The notes under the pieces: model-generated
What the model saw: only the letters and a program-made list of their open reading frames with translations
The model's database searches: none
Told to the model about the DNA's origin: nothing
Translations under genes and position numbers: made by a program
In this document: positions 60,801-64,000 of the stretch, piece by piece
Layout of the letters: every line of letters starts with the position of its first letter
How positions within the stretch are numbered: the stretch's first letter is position 1
From: Zancudomyces culisetae HAW-14-8
Lineage: Eukaryota; Fungi; Kickxellomycota
NCBI GenBank assembly: GCA_052426225.1
Contig: JBNJNM010000011.1
Span: 1,798,001-1,862,000 of the forward strand
Reading direction: 5' to 3'
DNA length: 64,000 nucleotides

Positions 60801-62866
60801 ACAATACATACACAAAAGATGAGGATGGCGCAGACAGCGACGATCAAGACGAGGCGAAGACCCAGAACTTGACCTCAGCAAACATATCTACAAGCAGACG
60901 CCGAAAACCAGCATATTCAGGAGGTCTAGTTCTTGAGCCACTGAAAGGGCTCTACGACAATTATGTTGTTTTGTTGGATTTCAACTCGTTGTATCCGTCA
61001 ATTATCCAAGAGTTCAATATCTGTTTCACCACTGTGGAGCGGAGCCAAACAGAGGATCAAGTTCCACCGACTCCTGATCCAAGCCTTCCAATCGGCATCT
61101 TGCCACGGCTTCTTAAGACACTTGTTGAGAGACGCAGGGAGGTGAAAAAGCTACTAAAAAACCCAAAACTATCTGAGGGTGATAAACTTGCTTTAGATAT
61201 CCGCCAGAAAGCACTTAAGCTGACGGCAAACTCTATGTATGGATGTCTGGGGTTCACGTATTCGCGTTTCTATGCAAAGCCACTGGCTATTTTGATTACA
61301 GCAAAGGGCAGACAAATTCTTATGGATACTAAAACTCTTGCTGAATCACAGGATCTGCAGGTGGTTTATGGCGATACTGACTCTATCATGATTAATACGA
61401 CTGTCACCGACCTGAATGAGGCGTACAAACTTGGTGCAAACTTTAAGCGCCAGGTAAACGAACGATACAAACTCTTGGAACTTGATATTGATGGTGTCTT
61501 CAAGCGCCTTTTGCTCTTGAAAAAGAAAAAATATGCCGCTTTACTCGTTACTGGACCTGCGCCCGCACAATCTTCATCCAACGATGATCCAATAGACGCT
61601 CAAGTTCCCACACAACTTGAAACGAGAGGGTTGGATTTGGTTAGAAGAGATTGGTGTGAGCTTTCGCAGAGTGTCTCCACATATGTCTTGAAGTTGCTTT
61701 TAAACACTGCTGACACCGACTCCATAGCGGGTCCCATATATGGCTACCTATCTCGAATTTCATCCGTTGTAAGGGCGAATGGGTTTCCTTTAAACAAATT
61801 CGTTATTACAAAGGGTTTAAACAAGGCTCCCGAAGCATATGGCGATGCTCATACTCAACCCCATGTGTGTGTAGCGTTGCGTATGAAAAAGGCCGGGTAT
61901 TCGTTCAGCAGCGGCGATACTGTACCTTATATTATTTGCACGACCTCGGCTGTTGTAAATGGAACTACCGGTTTGTCTTCATCTAGCTCCTCCACTTCCA
62001 ATACCTCCTCTGCCTTGGCCGCCAGAGCCTATCACCCTGAAGAGATAAATAACTCTGGTGGAACTATTCTGGTGGATTTTGAATGGTACTTATCCCAACA
62101 GATCTACCCACCAATTTCAAGATTGTGCGAACCAATAAACGAAATAGATCATGCTCGAATCGCCTCCTCCTTGGGCCTGGAGGCCTCAAAATATATCTCG
62201 TATTTATCAAAGCCCTCCAACCAAACCACAAATGAATTGAAGACTTTTGATTCGCAGATTTCTGATGCTGAAAGATTTAAGGATTCTGACCCACTAGAAT
62301 TGACGTGCCAAGGTTGTGGAAATAAATACCAAATATTTGGAATTGCTCAGGTTCGAGAAAACCGCATAGTTAATGGTCTGCAATGTGAGTGCGGTGCTCT
62401 TCCAAATTTTTCAACATTGGTCAACCAAATAATCCTTCAAATACGTCAGCATATTTTTATGTACAACCAAGGCGAACTTGTGTGCAATGACATAGGTTGC
62501 GATTTCCGCACCCAGCAATCGTTGATCCATTCCTCCTCTGCTTTGAATCACTCTACTGGCACAATCAGGTGTTTAAGGCACGACATTGGCTGTTCGGGGA
62601 CTTTGAAGAGAGCCTACACAGAGCGTTCCTTGTATAACCAACTACTATATTATTCCACTCTTTTTGACCTTAAAAGAACTCGCGCTAGAATTGCTGATAC
62701 TTTTAAGGACCTCGCTTCAGGCGACATTGATAGAACTGTTGGTAATAATTACACCACCCGTAAGTCGGAATTTGATACCTGTTTCAACACAGTCAAATCG
62801 TATCTGGATGTTTCTGCGTTCAGGTTCGTCGACTTGGGATCGCTTTTTAAATCTCTAAAAATTTGA
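57824..62866 (+). CDS. POL1: DNA polymerase alpha catalytic subunit; exons 57824-57934, 58104-58457, 58592-59635, 59714-62866
   Basis: N-terminal YEEVSEGEY..DDFIVDDDG, MYWIDAYE, IMGPCWL, DFNSLYPSII, KLTANSMYGCLG, YGDTDS, C-terminal Zn fingers. Three in-frame GT-AG introns. Confidence 0.97.
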
Positions 62867-64000
62867 CCGGCATAGTTATAACTAGTTTTATTATTGTGAA
62901 TCTTTTTTTGCGATTAGCTAATTCCTCTCCTCTCTTGTTTTTAATGACTTACAATACAATGCACTAATACATCCATAAGTCGGTTTGAAGTTAAAGACCA
63001 TTTAAATGTGCTAATGAGGATCTAATTCTGTCTGATGATAACTTTTGTTCTAGTCAGTCACAATTACACTTATTTCAGCCTTAAATTATAGTAGCTTTCA
63101 GTTTTTCGGTCGTGATACGACATATTTCAACATTCAATCAAACATTGTAGGACCCAAAATGAAAAATGCTTCATTGATTTATTTATCGGCTACTTATTAG
63201 CTAAATCGAGAGTATCACGCAATAAGTGAAAATATTGCTATATTCTGGTGTTAAAAAAGTTTGGGTTTTTGCATATTCTTGGTTGTACAATGAACTAAAC
63301 CAGCTGAGAAATTAATAGTATCTGCTATTGGATATTGGATATTTGAATAAAAGTTGAGTAAAGTATTCGGATTTACCACAAATGTGTTTCCTCTTACAAA
63401 TATTCCTCAAATCGATATTCCAATCTAAATTGCAACAAGTGTGTAAAATCGTCTTTTTGTTGACGAACACGTAAAAAAAAATCTTTTAATTGATGAAGCT
63501 AAGCAAATCCAATTCCGTAAAATAAACCCTAACCTATTAGCTGCCAAGATGTTTAAAATACATTGTTGTACAAGTTTACTTGGGAAGAAATAATGTGAAA
63601 AAATAGAGCTATAGTCCAATTGATGGTTGGAATGAGCTAGTTTGATTAGCAGTGATGTTGAGTAATATATAAGATTCATCGGAACGCCTTAATCGATAAT
63701 AAAAAAAAAGGTATGAACGTCCGACATTTCCATAGGCTTCCAATAATAATTTCACACTTTTTTGGGGAGGAAAAGGAGCTAAGCCGTTGAATGCGTGATA
63801 CCGTTGTGGTAAATTTACCTAATCTACAAACTTTGTTTGTTCCACGCGCTACAAACAGAATTCTATAATTTTGTGCCGTTGTGAATCACAATCTCCAGAA
63901 AGCCAGCCCAATGAGTTTATTGGAGTTTTTCCAAAATTTTGTCCACCGAGTTCCTCGTTCCTCGGTTCATTAGATTCCGTTATCTAGATCCGATGCAACA

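Overview
Eukaryotic nuclear DNA from an AT-rich, intron-poor fungus. The gene set (ELL-like factor, SLC25A46-like carrier, cAMP-receptor-like GPCR, GH17, She10-like protein) suggests an early-diverging lineage, possibly Kickxellomycotina/Harpellales; this is an inference. The window holds 17 intact protein genes and one tRNA-Gly(TCC). They include both replicative B-family polymerases POL2 (epsilon) and POL1 (alpha), PDS5, eIF5B, ADE13, RPL25, an ABCG half-transporter, an ACC-synthase-like aminotransferase, an Mpo1-like protein, a PAP2 phosphatase and two tandem DUF4203/TMEM198 paralogs. I rebuilt 15 GT-AG introns by hand and checked their frames. No mobile element or CRISPR array was found. 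The most interesting signals outside the ORF track are: (1) a ~360-nt structured plus-strand RNA candidate with H/ACA architecture between ADE13 and RPL25; (2) a 493-nt RPL25 intron with three perfect 10-bp stems; (3) a decayed ABCG pseudogene ~4 kb upstream of the intact ABCG gene; (4) all 15 introns ending in TAG, mostly with A-rich 3' ends; (5) an animal-type E2F/CHR-like element in the POL1 promoter.
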